From an uncultured bacterium (GTDB lineage Bacteria > Zixibacteria > MSB-5A5 > JAABVY01 > JAHJOQ01), in NCBI GenBank assembly GCA_965369655.1, contig CBDUQR010000033.1:1-35056 (forward strand): a stretch of DNA of 35,056 bases, given 5' to 3'. Under the pieces are notes generated by a model. That model did not search any database and was not told where the DNA came from. It saw only the letters and a program-made list of their open reading frames with translations. The translations under genes were made by a program, and so were the position numbers. Position 1 is the first letter of the stretch; each line of letters starts with the position of its first letter. This document shows positions 20,680-30,432 of this stretch, one piece after another.

Positions 20680-21288
20680 TCAAAGCAGTTTGAGGGTGAC
20701 TCCGCCATAGATAGCACTGTATTTCGTAGTTTCATTTTCACCGGATATGGTTCCGATTCTCCCCTCGACAAAGATTTCGAGAGGCGACGCAGGCAGGCTA
20801 AATGCAACTCCTGCCAGACCATGAACGCCTATCCGCTGGCCATCTTCCGGTATCACAATTGTAACATCATCGAGAACTCCTGCCGGACCAAACTTGTACA
20901 CAATCTGATGCCACCCGATACCACCGCCAAGATATGGTTTCAGGACAGGTATCTTAAATATGTATTTCAGGTTGGCTGCAATCATGAAGTCCTCGACTTC
21001 AACATTGAGCTTCTTCTTCCATCCCTCAACTGAGAGCTGTTCATCGCGCCAGCTTCGTTCTGCGGCCACTTCCAGCGTGAAAATCGGGAAGCGGCTGAAC
21101 CTGATATGCCCTCCGAACATCGACAGATCATCGATCCCGATCGACTTGCCATTCTCGAAGGCAAGCTCCGGGTTGTCGTAGTCTGCGATAACTCCCGCCC
21201 TGACTCCGACACCTATGCCGGTGAGAGCATATGCGTCGGCAGCCAGAAGCACAAGAGCAAGTGCAAGCAGGAATGTTGTAGTTCTCAT
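20680..21288 (-). CDS. Outer-membrane beta-barrel (8-stranded, OmpA-TM-like) protein
   Basis: Signal peptide, amphipathic strands, KPYLGGGIG, terminal YGGVTLKLL; GGAGG RBS. Confidence 0.8.
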   Translation of the reverse strand: MRTTTFLLALALVLLAADAYALTGIGVGVRAGVIADYDNPELAFENGKSIGIDDLSMFGGHIRFSRFPIFTLEVAAERSWRDEQLSVEGWKKKLNVEVEDFMIAANLKYIFKIPVLKPYLGGGIGWHQIVYKFGPAGVLDDVTIVIPEDGQRIGVHGLAGVAFSLPASPLEIFVEGRIGTISGENETTKYSAIYGGVTLKLL

Positions 21289-21387
21289 CGACGCCCTCCA
21301 TCAGTTGTATGCGTATACTTCCATTTGGACTCATGATAGCCTTTTTGACGAAACGAGTCAATCATACAAGCGAATGTCTTACGGCAC

Positions 21388-21415
21388 TTGACAACTTCGT
21401 CGTGTGCAGTATATT
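21388..21415 (+). promoter_or_regulatory. Sigma70-type promoter TTGACA-N16-TATATT
   Basis: Consensus -35 and near-consensus -10 upstream of ATG 21510. Confidence 0.55.
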
Positions 21416-21509
21416 GATGCAAAGCATACCTGCTCGATTAAGTAAGTTCACACATGGACCGATTTATCATATCACAAGGCATCGCCATTCGCAACGCGAG
21501 GAGAAGAAG

Positions 21510-23066
21510 ATGAGCGCTCAGAAACCGACTAATTCCGCAGCAAGATTCACAATCGCCTGCTTCGCAGTATGTATCCTGATATTGCTTGCAGCGCCAATTC
21601 ATGCGCAGGACATCGGGACGCCCGACACCTGTCGTTATGACCCTGCCGCCACTATATGGCACATCGACTCTGATGCCGACTCGGTTTTTTCCATAGAACT
21701 GTGGGCATGGACGGACGCCGCCGACATTAAGGGCGCTTCACTCGGATTCAGGCTGACTACCAGTACCGGGGGAGGACTCGGCCTTGATGATTCGCTGATA
21801 GCCGTGGACACTTTCATTTTCAGCCCCGAGACAGACACGATACCATTCGCCGTATTCACGAGGAGTGTGCTGGATCCGACGATATATCCAGGTTCCGCCG
21901 ACTGGGGATACAACGGTTACGCGATTGGATTCCTTGCGACTGAAGGCATCATATTCCTTCCGAGCACACCGACCAAACTCGGCGATCTGTACCTGAAGAT
22001 CGTCGATCTCAATTCTATCTCGGATACTTTTGAGATCGCGATCGATTCGTCATACTTCCCGCCTGCGGGACCGTTCAAGTTCTCGCCCGGCAGCGGCAAC
22101 GGGTTCCCTCCTCAGTTTGTGAACGCCGTAATTACAGTGCAGAAATTGATCTGCATCGATTCTGACGGCGATGGCTTCGGCGATCCAGGACATCCGGAGA
22201 ACGACTGCCCTGATGACAACTGCCCGTTTGTGTTCAATCCGGCACAGGAAGATGCCGACTCCGACGGCATCGGTGACTCATGCGATATCTGCCCGAACCA
22301 TCCTGATGATGATTGCTGCAATCCCACAGGATCGAACGAATCCCCTGTGATCACATCTGCTGCTACAGTCAATGTACAACCGGGTGAAACATTCCTCTAT
22401 ACAGCAACAGCATCAGACCCAAACTGTGATGGTTCTGAGTTAGCCATTTCGTTTGCAGACTATCCATCCTGGTGTAGCATCACGGAGCCGGAGATCAGCG
22501 GGACAGCCGAATGTGACTACATGGACACATCGTTCACGGTGATCGCATTTGATGGCGACCTCGCCGGCAGCCTGACTGTTGCCCTTCTGATTGACAAGTC
22601 GAACCAGCCTCCTGTTATCGATGATCCTGGCGACACAGTCACCGTACGCAATCAGGCGCAGTTCGTCTATTTCCCGACAATAATCGATCCCGACGATACT
22701 TCCCACACGATCGGCTACCCGGAGATACCTCACTGGTGCGCGGTTCAGAACGATTCCGTAATTGGCGTGGCTCCGGACACTGTATTCATAGAGCCGCTGA
22801 CCGTCACCGTGCATGACTATTGCAATGCCGACACTCTGAGTTTCTTCGTATCGATCTATCTGTGTGGCGACGCTGACAACAGCGGGATGATCGACATCGA
22901 TGATGTCGTTTTCCTGATAAATTACATCTTTGCGGGTGGACCTGCTCCCGATCCGTACGAACAGGGAGACGCAAACTGCAGCGGGCTGATCGACATCGAT
23001 GACGCGGTATATCTGATCCAGTACATTTTCGCAGGCGGACCGTCGCCCTGCGCAGATTGCCCGTAG
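21510..23066 (+). CDS. Secreted protein with a cohesin-like N-terminal beta domain, TSP3-like Ca-binding repeats, Ig-like repeats and a C-terminal dockerin
   Basis: Signal peptide; DNCP...NP.Q.D.D.DGIGDSCD; paired CGDADNSGMIDIDDVVFLI / GDANCSGLIDIDDAVYLI; GAGGAG RBS. Confidence 0.85.
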   Translation: MSAQKPTNSAARFTIACFAVCILILLAAPIHAQDIGTPDTCRYDPAATIWHIDSDADSVFSIELWAWTDAADIKGASLGFRLTTSTGGGLGLDDSLIAVDTFIFSPETDTIPFAVFTRSVLDPTIYPGSADWGYNGYAIGFLATEGIIFLPSTPTKLGDLYLKIVDLNSISDTFEIAIDSSYFPPAGPFKFSPGSGNGFPPQFVNAVITVQKLICIDSDGDGFGDPGHPENDCPDDNCPFVFNPAQEDADSDGIGDSCDICPNHPDDDCCNPTGSNESPVITSAATVNVQPGETFLYTATASDPNCDGSELAISFADYPSWCSITEPEISGTAECDYMDTSFTVIAFDGDLAGSLTVALLIDKSNQPPVIDDPGDTVTVRNQAQFVYFPTIIDPDDTSHTIGYPEIPHWCAVQNDSVIGVAPDTVFIEPLTVTVHDYCNADTLSFFVSIYLCGDADNSGMIDIDDVVFLINYIFAGGPAPDPYEQGDANCSGLIDIDDAVYLIQYIFAGGPSPCADCP

Positions 23067-23072
23067 CTGCTA

Positions 23073-24170
23073 TCAGGGCTGCGACCTGTAATCGACATAA
23101 CGAGCGACGGGGCTGGTTTTACCGGCTTCCGCCGCTCTTGCTATATTGTACATCTCCCGCGCGGTGACATAGTGCAGCCTGTACTCATCACCCTCAGCGA
23201 GTCGTCTTTCAAGACAATCCAGAGTATGGTCGAGTGATTCGAGCAGTTCCGATGATGAGCCCGCCAGGAAATGATCGCTCAGGATCAGCTTCACGAAAAC
23301 CCAGTTTGGCTGACCGTCAACATGAACATCGGCTCTGATCCATCTCTCAATCCTTGTGGTGTCGGGAGGCGAGTAATACGAAAGCCGTCCAAACTCCACA
23401 CTCGGATTGAACAGACCGCACCAGTTCGTCCAGTCGATGATCATCGGGCCATCAATCACAAACAGATCACCATAAGACACCGCGCCGGACTTGATCGAGG
23501 CAGCGTCCTTGTATGGATTATCGCTGTCAGCCTGATGCGAAACCGAAGTTACGGTATTGATCCGTGACGGTTGCAGGCTGCTCGCAGGATCGGGAAAACT
23601 AAAATCAGCATAGCAACCGAAGTCTCTCAGGAGCAGTAACTCTGCTTTTCGATCAGGCGATGCTTTACGTTCTGAAGACCGCTCTGATGATCTCACAATA
23701 ACGAAGCTCGACTGTTCAAGTGACGATACCGATCGCGTCAGCAATCGGCGCAGGTTATCTGAGTCGGGACAAACAGATGGAAGAAGCAACTCGATTTCGC
23801 CGAGACCTGCCCTGCAGTACTCTGTAAGACATGCCATGTCGGATGCACTCCAGTCGTATACCGGACAGGCGAATGTATATCTGAAATGGCGTCCGGTGCA
23901 ATCGACATGGGCTTCTGTGATACGAGTCATTCGATTCAGCGCCTGCTCGGCCTGCTCATCGATGCCCTGTTGCGGCAATTCGCATATAACCGTCACGAGC
24001 AGATCGCGCGGTTGTTCGAGCCTGTACCTGTCAGTCTGCGTTGAGAATTCCCAGACAAGATATGAACTGAGAGAGACTTCGCCAAGTCTGCTGTCAAGCA
24101 TACAATAGAAAACGGTTAATAGAACCGCAAGCAACAGAAACAATATGACACAAATCCAGGAGCCGCGCAT
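23073..24170 (-). CDS. Membrane-anchored hypothetical protein of the kind found in polysaccharide loci
   Basis: N-terminal TM; GCYADFSFP, PNWVFVKL and LHYVTAREMYN motifs; starts 2 bp after the dehydrogenase-like stop. Confidence 0.7.
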   Translation of the reverse strand: MRGSWICVILFLLLAVLLTVFYCMLDSRLGEVSLSSYLVWEFSTQTDRYRLEQPRDLLVTVICELPQQGIDEQAEQALNRMTRITEAHVDCTGRHFRYTFACPVYDWSASDMACLTEYCRAGLGEIELLLPSVCPDSDNLRRLLTRSVSSLEQSSFVIVRSSERSSERKASPDRKAELLLLRDFGCYADFSFPDPASSLQPSRINTVTSVSHQADSDNPYKDAASIKSGAVSYGDLFVIDGPMIIDWTNWCGLFNPSVEFGRLSYYSPPDTTRIERWIRADVHVDGQPNWVFVKLILSDHFLAGSSSELLESLDHTLDCLERRLAEGDEYRLHYVTAREMYNIARAAEAGKTSPVARYVDYRSQP

Positions 24171-24172
24171 GC

Positions 24173-25486
24173 CTACCAGCAAAGTCCCTCGTAGTTACCT
24201 CCGCAGTCGGAAATATCTTCTGAGATTCGTACGAGGTCTATGATAATCTTGTCGGTGTCAAAGCTCGCGAGATACTCGAGTGAATCGAGCTTGTGCCCGA
24301 GCACGAGAACATCCGCGAAGTTGAACAACTGATCGAACGATCCGGCCATCAGTTCGGCGATATTCGGGAGTCTGGATTCAACATACTCCTTGTTTGCATC
24401 CATCAGATTGGCCGGAGAAACACCTTCATCGAATATCATCACATCGAGATCACGATCTATGAGCGAAGCCGCGAGTTTCACCATCTGCGATTCCCGCAGT
24501 TCATCCGTGCCCGGTTTGAACGCAAGCCCGACAATCCCGATTCTCTTCGCACCGGTCTGAAGGATCATTTCCAGTGCTCTCTGAAGATGCGCCTCGTTGG
24601 ACTGCGAGAAAGATGTGAACATTGGAAGGTCGTCTTTCGACAGCCCTGAATCATTCAACAGTATCCTGATGCTCTTTGGAATAGATGGTCCGCCATAACT
24701 GAATCCGGGCTCCAGGTATGCTCCCGAAACATTCAATCTCTCATCCAGTCGCAGGAGATTCATCATCTCATGCGAATCAACGCCAAGTTTTTTGCATATT
24801 TCGCCAACCTCGTTCGCAAAACAGACCTTCGATGCGTGATAAACGTCGCACGCATACTTCATCATCTCCGCCGTCTTGATCGACGTCCTGACAACCGGCG
24901 CATTCGTGTCCCCGTAGAGTTTGGCGACCCTGTCTCCGGCTCTGTCATCCTGCTGACCGATCAGAGTGTACGGCGGATCGTTGAAATCCTCAACGAGCGA
25001 TCCGACTCTCAGAAAGTAGGGATTGTAGCAGATATCGAAATCGAGAAAGACTTTCTTGCCTGACGCATTCTCGATAAGCGGTACAATCAGCTCTTCGGTC
25101 ATTCCCGGCAGGACAGTGCTTCTGATGACAAAAGTGTGAAAGCCGTCCTTGTTGGCGAACACCTGGCCGAGTTTCGTGCAGACGCGATTCAGGTACGTCG
25201 AGTCCAGACTGCCGTCGTCTTTCGATGGCGTACCGACTGTGATGATCGAGACATCGGATTCAAGCAGAGCTGACCTTGCATCGAAAGTCGCCTTGAGCCT
25301 TCCACTATCGACAGCATCCGCAATCAGCTTCTCCATGCCCGACTCATAGATCGGAGACCGACTGGCATTCACATGATCGATCTTGACCTGGCTTATATCG
25401 ACGCCGGTGACGTCATGGCCGGACACTGCAAGACAACCGGCCGTGACTGTGCCGACATATCCAAGCCCGAAAATTGATATTCTCAT
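24173..25486 (-). CDS. GDP-mannose/UDP-glucose 6-dehydrogenase family homolog (AlgD-like) with a degenerate active site
   Basis: GLGYVG Rossmann motif, VGTPS, RSTVLPG, AEMMKY, GLAFKPGTD.LRES; catalytic GGSCLPKD appears as GGPSIPKS. Confidence 0.88.
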   Translation of the reverse strand: MRISIFGLGYVGTVTAGCLAVSGHDVTGVDISQVKIDHVNASRSPIYESGMEKLIADAVDSGRLKATFDARSALLESDVSIITVGTPSKDDGSLDSTYLNRVCTKLGQVFANKDGFHTFVIRSTVLPGMTEELIVPLIENASGKKVFLDFDICYNPYFLRVGSLVEDFNDPPYTLIGQQDDRAGDRVAKLYGDTNAPVVRTSIKTAEMMKYACDVYHASKVCFANEVGEICKKLGVDSHEMMNLLRLDERLNVSGAYLEPGFSYGGPSIPKSIRILLNDSGLSKDDLPMFTSFSQSNEAHLQRALEMILQTGAKRIGIVGLAFKPGTDELRESQMVKLAASLIDRDLDVMIFDEGVSPANLMDANKEYVESRLPNIAELMAGSFDQLFNFADVLVLGHKLDSLEYLASFDTDKIIIDLVRISEDISDCGGNYEGLCW

Positions 25487-25629
25487 TCCGAAGTTTCTCC
25501 TTCAGGATACGCTCTCATGCTCCCGGATCAGAGTCCGACAGAAGCCCCCGCGCGATGACATAGAATGAAACCAACGAACCGTGCAGACGCAAGAAGAATT
25601 ACATACCTGGAACAACTGGGGCGGAACCA

Positions 25630-26436
25630 CTACCCTTTCAGCATCTCGATGAATCTCATGCCGCTTTCCATAGCGGAAGCGAGAAATGCCTCCGGAGTCT
25701 TGCATGCGGAATGATGGACTTCGGCTTCTACCGTTATCGGACATGAGACGCTGCCTTTGTTCAACTGTGCTGCGAGATTCGGAAAATTGTATTTCCCCTC
25801 AAATGCAAGCTGATGCAAGTCCTTGCTGCCGTCATTGTCATGCAGATGGATAGCGTACAACCTCTCGCCATACTTGCCGATCAGTTCGATTCCGCCGGGA
25901 TCAATAGCGTCGTGGCCGCTGTCGAAACAGAGTCCAAAAAGCTCGTCGTCAAAGAGCTCGAGTGCATAGTTGAGAATCGTAAGTGAATTGCCGCCGGGAA
26001 GATTCTCTGCCGCCAGCCTGACCCCATGCTTGCGCGCAACACTAAGTAGAGCCGTGATGCTCGCCCTGACCGATTTGAGCCGCTGCGAGATATCGTCGGT
26101 TCTCGTCGCATTCAGGTGCAGGATAAGAGTCCGAACACCGAGGTCCGCGCAGGCTTCGATGGAGCGCAGGACATCGACAACAGCGGACCTGCGGAGAACA
26201 TCCTCCGGCTCGGAGATATCTGTTGTCGCTCCGAACGGGGCGTGTATCGAGTCTATCGTGATGCCGGACTGCTCGACAAGAGACCTGAGCCTTTTTCGTC
26301 CCGGCTCCTTGTGATACTGAGAGTGCTCCTGCTTGCCACCGAGTGAAACCAGCTTGAAACCCGCATTGCGAATCTGCTGCAGCGATTCCTGCAAGGGAAC
26401 TCGGTAATCGTAGCATGTTGAAACGGACAGATTCAT
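25630..26436 (-). CDS. Sugar phosphate isomerase/epimerase family TIM barrel (AP endonuclease 2 fold)
   Basis: SIHAP, LAAENL, CFDSGH, IHLHDN.G..DLH and TVE metal motifs. Confidence 0.88.
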   Translation of the reverse strand: MNLSVSTCYDYRVPLQESLQQIRNAGFKLVSLGGKQEHSQYHKEPGRKRLRSLVEQSGITIDSIHAPFGATTDISEPEDVLRRSAVVDVLRSIEACADLGVRTLILHLNATRTDDISQRLKSVRASITALLSVARKHGVRLAAENLPGGNSLTILNYALELFDDELFGLCFDSGHDAIDPGGIELIGKYGERLYAIHLHDNDGSKDLHQLAFEGKYNFPNLAAQLNKGSVSCPITVEAEVHHSACKTPEAFLASAMESGMRFIEMLKG

Positions 26437-26491
26437 TCTCGCCAAAATACCGCTGCGGACAGGTGTGTCAAGGCATTATTCGTAATGGAAA

Positions 26492-26643
26492 GAAGATGGT
26501 TCCCGGCAAGTCCTGAGTAGAACGAAGGGCTTTCGTCGGGATGACATACGCAGAGTTGTCGTCATCGCGATAAATGATAGCGATGTGGCGATCTTAGTCT
26601 TGATAGGGGAGAACCCTGAGCAAAGTAGAGTAGTTCTGCCATT
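26492..26643. repeat. Cluster of REP-like palindromes with micro-insertions
   Basis: Filled homolog of 3154-3187; GTCATCGC..GCGATG hairpin; 26604-26643 resembles 28219-28262. Confidence 0.65.
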
Positions 26644-26670
26644 TATACTAATAAGACGCCTGCATTCGTC

Positions 26671-28020
26671 TTAACGTTCGTACGCGTCAGCGCTGTCGAA
26701 ACTCGCAGCAGCCTCTTCGAATCTGCCGAGTTCCTGCAGAGCAATCCCCCGGTTGTTCCAGGCTTCGTGATAATCATGTTTGTAAGAGATAGCGCTGTCA
26801 TAGCTGGCAATCGCCTTATCGAATCTGCCGAGTTTCCCCAAAGCAACACCTCGGTTGCACCAGGCTTCGTAATAGTCATGCTTGTAAGCAATGGCGTTGT
26901 CATAGCTGGCAATCGCCTCTTCGAATCTGCCGAGTTCCATGAGAGGATTACCCCGGTTGCACCAGGCTTCGTGATCGTCATGTTTATAAACAATGACACT
27001 GTCATAGCTGGCAATCGCCTTTTCGAGTCTACCGAGTTCCCACAGAGCAATACCCCGGTTATTCCAGGCTTCGTGTTTATCATGTTTGTAAACAATAGCG
27101 CTGTCATAGCTGGCAATCGCCTCTTCGAATTTGCCGAGTTCTCCCAGAGCCACCCCTCGGTTGTACCAGGCTTCGTAATCGTCATGTTTGTACACAATAG
27201 CGCTGTCATAGCTGGCAATCGCCTCTTCGAGTCTGCCAAGCATATCCAGAGCAACCCCCCGGTTGTACCAGATTTCCTGCAAGTCATGTTTGTAAACAAT
27301 AGAGCTGTCATAGCTGGCAATCGCCTCTTCGAGTCTGCCGAGTTCGCCTAGGGCAATCCCCCGGTTGTACCAGGCTTCGTGGTCATCATGTTTGTGAGCG
27401 ATAGCGCTGTCACAGCTGGCAATTGCCTCTTCGAATCTGCCGAGTTCCTTCAGAGCAATCCCCCGGTTGTACCAGGCTTCGCGGTCATCATGTTTGTAAG
27501 CAACAGCGCTGTCATAGCTGGCAATTGCCACTTCGAATCTACCGAGTTTCCTTAGAGCAATACCCCGGTTATTCCAGGCTTCGTGTTTATCATGTTTGTA
27601 AACAATAGCGCTGTCATAGCTGGCAATCGCCTCTTCGAATTTGCCGAGTTCTCCCAGAGCCACCCCCCGGTTGTACCAGGCTTTGTGAAAGTCATGTCTG
27701 CAAATAACAGGGCTGTCAAAGCTTGCAATAGCCTGTTCGAATCTGCCGAGTTTCCCCAGAGCGACCCCCCGGTTGTCCCGGCCTTCGTAAAAGTCCTGTT
27801 TATAAACAATAGCGCTGTCATAGCTGGCAATCGCGGTTATGTAGTCACCTTTCGCAAACGATTCTACGCCGCTGTGGAAGCAGGCTTCAGCGATTGAGGC
27901 GGAATCACCCTCCACTCCAGCACGCTGCATCAAGGAGTGACAATTGCTGATCGTGGTCACCGACAATAGGACCAGAACTGGTAACAGTCCGTAGTTTTCC
28001 TTCAGCCATCTGTTTCTCAT
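26671..28020 (-). CDS. TPR-array protein (12 x 34-aa repeats, 102-bp DNA period), probably exported and possibly a lipoprotein
   Basis: EAW.NRG.AL..LG.FEEAIASYDSAI.YKHD repeats; N-terminal basic plus hydrophobic segment ending in ISNC. Confidence 0.9.
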   Translation of the reverse strand: MRNRWLKENYGLLPVLVLLSVTTISNCHSLMQRAGVEGDSASIAEACFHSGVESFAKGDYITAIASYDSAIVYKQDFYEGRDNRGVALGKLGRFEQAIASFDSPVICRHDFHKAWYNRGVALGELGKFEEAIASYDSAIVYKHDKHEAWNNRGIALRKLGRFEVAIASYDSAVAYKHDDREAWYNRGIALKELGRFEEAIASCDSAIAHKHDDHEAWYNRGIALGELGRLEEAIASYDSSIVYKHDLQEIWYNRGVALDMLGRLEEAIASYDSAIVYKHDDYEAWYNRGVALGELGKFEEAIASYDSAIVYKHDKHEAWNNRGIALWELGRLEKAIASYDSVIVYKHDDHEAWCNRGNPLMELGRFEEAIASYDNAIAYKHDYYEAWCNRGVALGKLGRFDKAIASYDSAISYKHDYHEAWNNRGIALQELGRFEEAAASFDSADAYER

Positions 28021-28294
28021 AGCGGACGGTATAACATATGAAGCACAACTATAAGGACAAGTGCCGATATGAACAGCGCGATTGCCACGCCTCATATCCC
28101 TATCTCACACAGAGAACGACCGCTCCCCTGTGATTGTCATAGCTGAACAACTAACTCGGCAACAATATACGTCGAGAACTGAGTCTACATCAACTCAATT
28201 CTGAATAATCATGATCTTGTAGGGAAGAACCCGGAGTGAAACGAAGCGGTTCTGCCATTCATTTAGAGCTAAAGAACCACTGAAAGAATTTGCC

Positions 28295-29113
28295 CTACGA
28301 AGACTGCCTATTTAGCGCTTCAATTGGCTTGTCGCATTCCCCTGGCATGACTATCTGGTGATAGCTGTTGAACAGACGACCCCTGACCAGACAGAGCGCC
28401 ATCAGACTACTGATCGCGGCAGCGGCGAGAATCGCAATTATGATCGCAATCTGATACCTGACAGCCAGCATAGGCTCGACGCCCGCGAGAATCTGGCCGG
28501 TCATCATTCCCGGCAGATGAACCAGCCCGATGCCCGACATCGATACGATCGTCGGAAGCAGCGCAGCCTTGTAAGCTGACCGGAAGGCGGCTGTCGAGGC
28601 CTCCTTGCTGGTTGCACCGAGCGAAAGGCTTGTTTCGATCAGAGCCCTTCCCTGCCTGACCTCGCTCGTGAACCGCTCGACAACAAGCGCACACGCTGTC
28701 ATGGCGTTGCCGATAATCATTCCGCCGATCGGCAGCACGTACACCGCGTCATACCAGGGAAATCGCCCGACGATCAGGAAAATAAATACAGCCGTCACCA
28801 ATCCGCTCCCGACGCCGATTGACGCCAGGAGAATCAGCGATAAGCCGCGTACCTTGAGTTCGATCCTGCCGAGAACAATATGAACCGCCGATGCCAGCAT
28901 CACGAGAAGCACGAGGAGAGTCGTGTACCAGAAGTTGAATCCGAAAATATAGCGCAGAACGATTCCGGCCAGCAGGAGTTGTACGGTCATCCTGAACGAG
29001 GCGATCAGCAGTTGTCTGCCGACGCCTAATCGATTAGTCAGCACAAGAAGGAAAACAGCCAACAGCAGAATGTAGGCTATCGCCATCTGTGTAAGTTGAA
29101 TCTGCTCAGCCAT
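28295..29113 (-). CDS. fetB: FetB/YbbM (UPF0014) ABC transporter permease
   Basis: RMTVQL, PIGGMIIGNAM, LSLGAT, GLVHLPGMMTGQILAG..P..AVRYQI. Confidence 0.88.
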   Translation of the reverse strand: MAEQIQLTQMAIAYILLLAVFLLVLTNRLGVGRQLLIASFRMTVQLLLAGIVLRYIFGFNFWYTTLLVLLVMLASAVHIVLGRIELKVRGLSLILLASIGVGSGLVTAVFIFLIVGRFPWYDAVYVLPIGGMIIGNAMTACALVVERFTSEVRQGRALIETSLSLGATSKEASTAAFRSAYKAALLPTIVSMSGIGLVHLPGMMTGQILAGVEPMLAVRYQIAIIIAILAAAAISSLMALCLVRGRLFNSYHQIVMPGECDKPIEALNRQSS

Positions 29114-29843
29114 CGTCTCCTCCCGCCCCTTCGTCACTGAGGAATTCCGCGAATTCCGCAGGAGTCAGAGAATCGCACTGTGTGACAATCCTGCCACCGG
29201 ATACAAGAATAATCCTGTCTGCCATCTCCAGAAATCTGGTCGAATGTGAAACTACAACCAGTGTCATATCGCCTTTCAGTCTGTCGAAAAGTTCGACCAC
29301 TCTCTGCTCAGAGAGTTGATCCAGCGCCGAAGTCGGCTCGTCAGCCAGAAGCACTTCCGGCTGCAACATCAGCGCCCTCGCTATCGCCACACGCTGCTTT
29401 TCGCCACCTGAGAGCAACGCTGCGTCCTGATCGAGCGCCTGTCTGTTCAGACCAAGCTCGGAGAGCATCTTGACTACACCGCGCTCGCCGACTTCGATCG
29501 AACGGTTGACATCGTAGCCAAGTGGAATCCGCATGTTGTGCTCAACAGTACCGGGAAACATGACCGGTTCCTGAAATATCATTGCGACACGGGATCTCAG
29601 GAGAGTCATGTCGTGTGACAGCAGGTCCTCTCCACGATAGACGATGCTGCCCGAAGCAGGCGTCGACATACCATTGAGCAGCCTTAGAAGCGATGTCTTT
29701 CCGCTGCCCGAAGGCCCTGCAATGAGATGAAGTTTTCCTGAGAAAAGCGTCAGGTCGATTGAATCGAGAATCGTGAAATTATCGCCGCGAAGGCTGATCT
29801 TCGAAAGCCGATACAAGGCGTCATGTCCGGGAGATCCATTCAA
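29106..29843 (-). CDS. ABC transporter ATP-binding protein (FetA-like)
   Basis: GPSGSGKT, LSGGEKQR, LLADEPTSALD, VSH; overlaps the fetB start. Confidence 0.9.
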   Translation of the reverse strand: MNGSPGHDALYRLSKISLRGDNFTILDSIDLTLFSGKLHLIAGPSGSGKTSLLRLLNGMSTPASGSIVYRGEDLLSHDMTLLRSRVAMIFQEPVMFPGTVEHNMRIPLGYDVNRSIEVGERGVVKMLSELGLNRQALDQDAALLSGGEKQRVAIARALMLQPEVLLADEPTSALDQLSEQRVVELFDRLKGDMTLVVVSHSTRFLEMADRIILVSGGRIVTQCDSLTPAEFAEFLSDEGAGGDDG

Positions 29844-29912
29844 TACAAATCCTCGCGGTGTCAGGAGCTTAAGATAATTCGGCGGGGTGCTCAGGTCAAG
29901 GATACGGATCTG

Positions 29913-30392
29913 TTATGAAGCAACACTGGAGAGAATCTGGTCAAATGAACTGTCTTCAGACTCTGGAAAGGTACCGAAATCAATCTTAAAATCGACTGAT
30001 GATGTGAACTCGCCGGTTTTCTGGAGGTAATCTGAGAGGCTCTCGGACAATCTTCGGGCAAAAGCTGCCGCGCCATCGCCGGGAGTCTCGACAAGCAGCA
30101 ACATGATCTTGTCGCGATCCAGCGATGATACGATATCAGTGCATCTGACCATAGACCTGACAAGATAAGAAAGCTGCGAAACGAATGTGTCAGACTGTGC
30201 GCTGTCGGCTGGGAACTTACGGGCCAGGCGATCTCTCAGGCCATCGAGGCTGACCTTTACGAGAGAGACGAATGAACAGTAGCGCTCTGAACGCTTCAAC
30301 TCCTGCCGAACCATCGCCTTGAAGTTGCGATGATCCGCGACAAGATCACGAAAACCATTCGATGCCCCACTCTGTCCACCCGAGTAAATCAA
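29913..30392 (-). CDS. Stand-alone degenerate GGDEF-domain protein
   Basis: ELKRSERY..FVSLV, VRCTDIV, LLLVET..GA..FARRL; GGDEF replaced by DRDKI; TTG start with GAGAGG. Confidence 0.75.
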   Translation of the reverse strand: MIYSGGQSGASNGFRDLVADHRNFKAMVRQELKRSERYCSFVSLVKVSLDGLRDRLARKFPADSAQSDTFVSQLSYLVRSMVRCTDIVSSLDRDKIMLLLVETPGDGAAAFARRLSESLSDYLQKTGEFTSSVDFKIDFGTFPESEDSSFDQILSSVAS

Positions 30393-30432
30393 CTACCTCT
30401 CCCTTGTTGTAGCACAGTCAGCGTATGAAAGA

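Noticed and set aside
26643-27897. Repetitive alternative-frame and antisense ORFs, or a CRISPR-like periodicity
   Set aside because: They are shadows of the 102-bp TPR coding repeats
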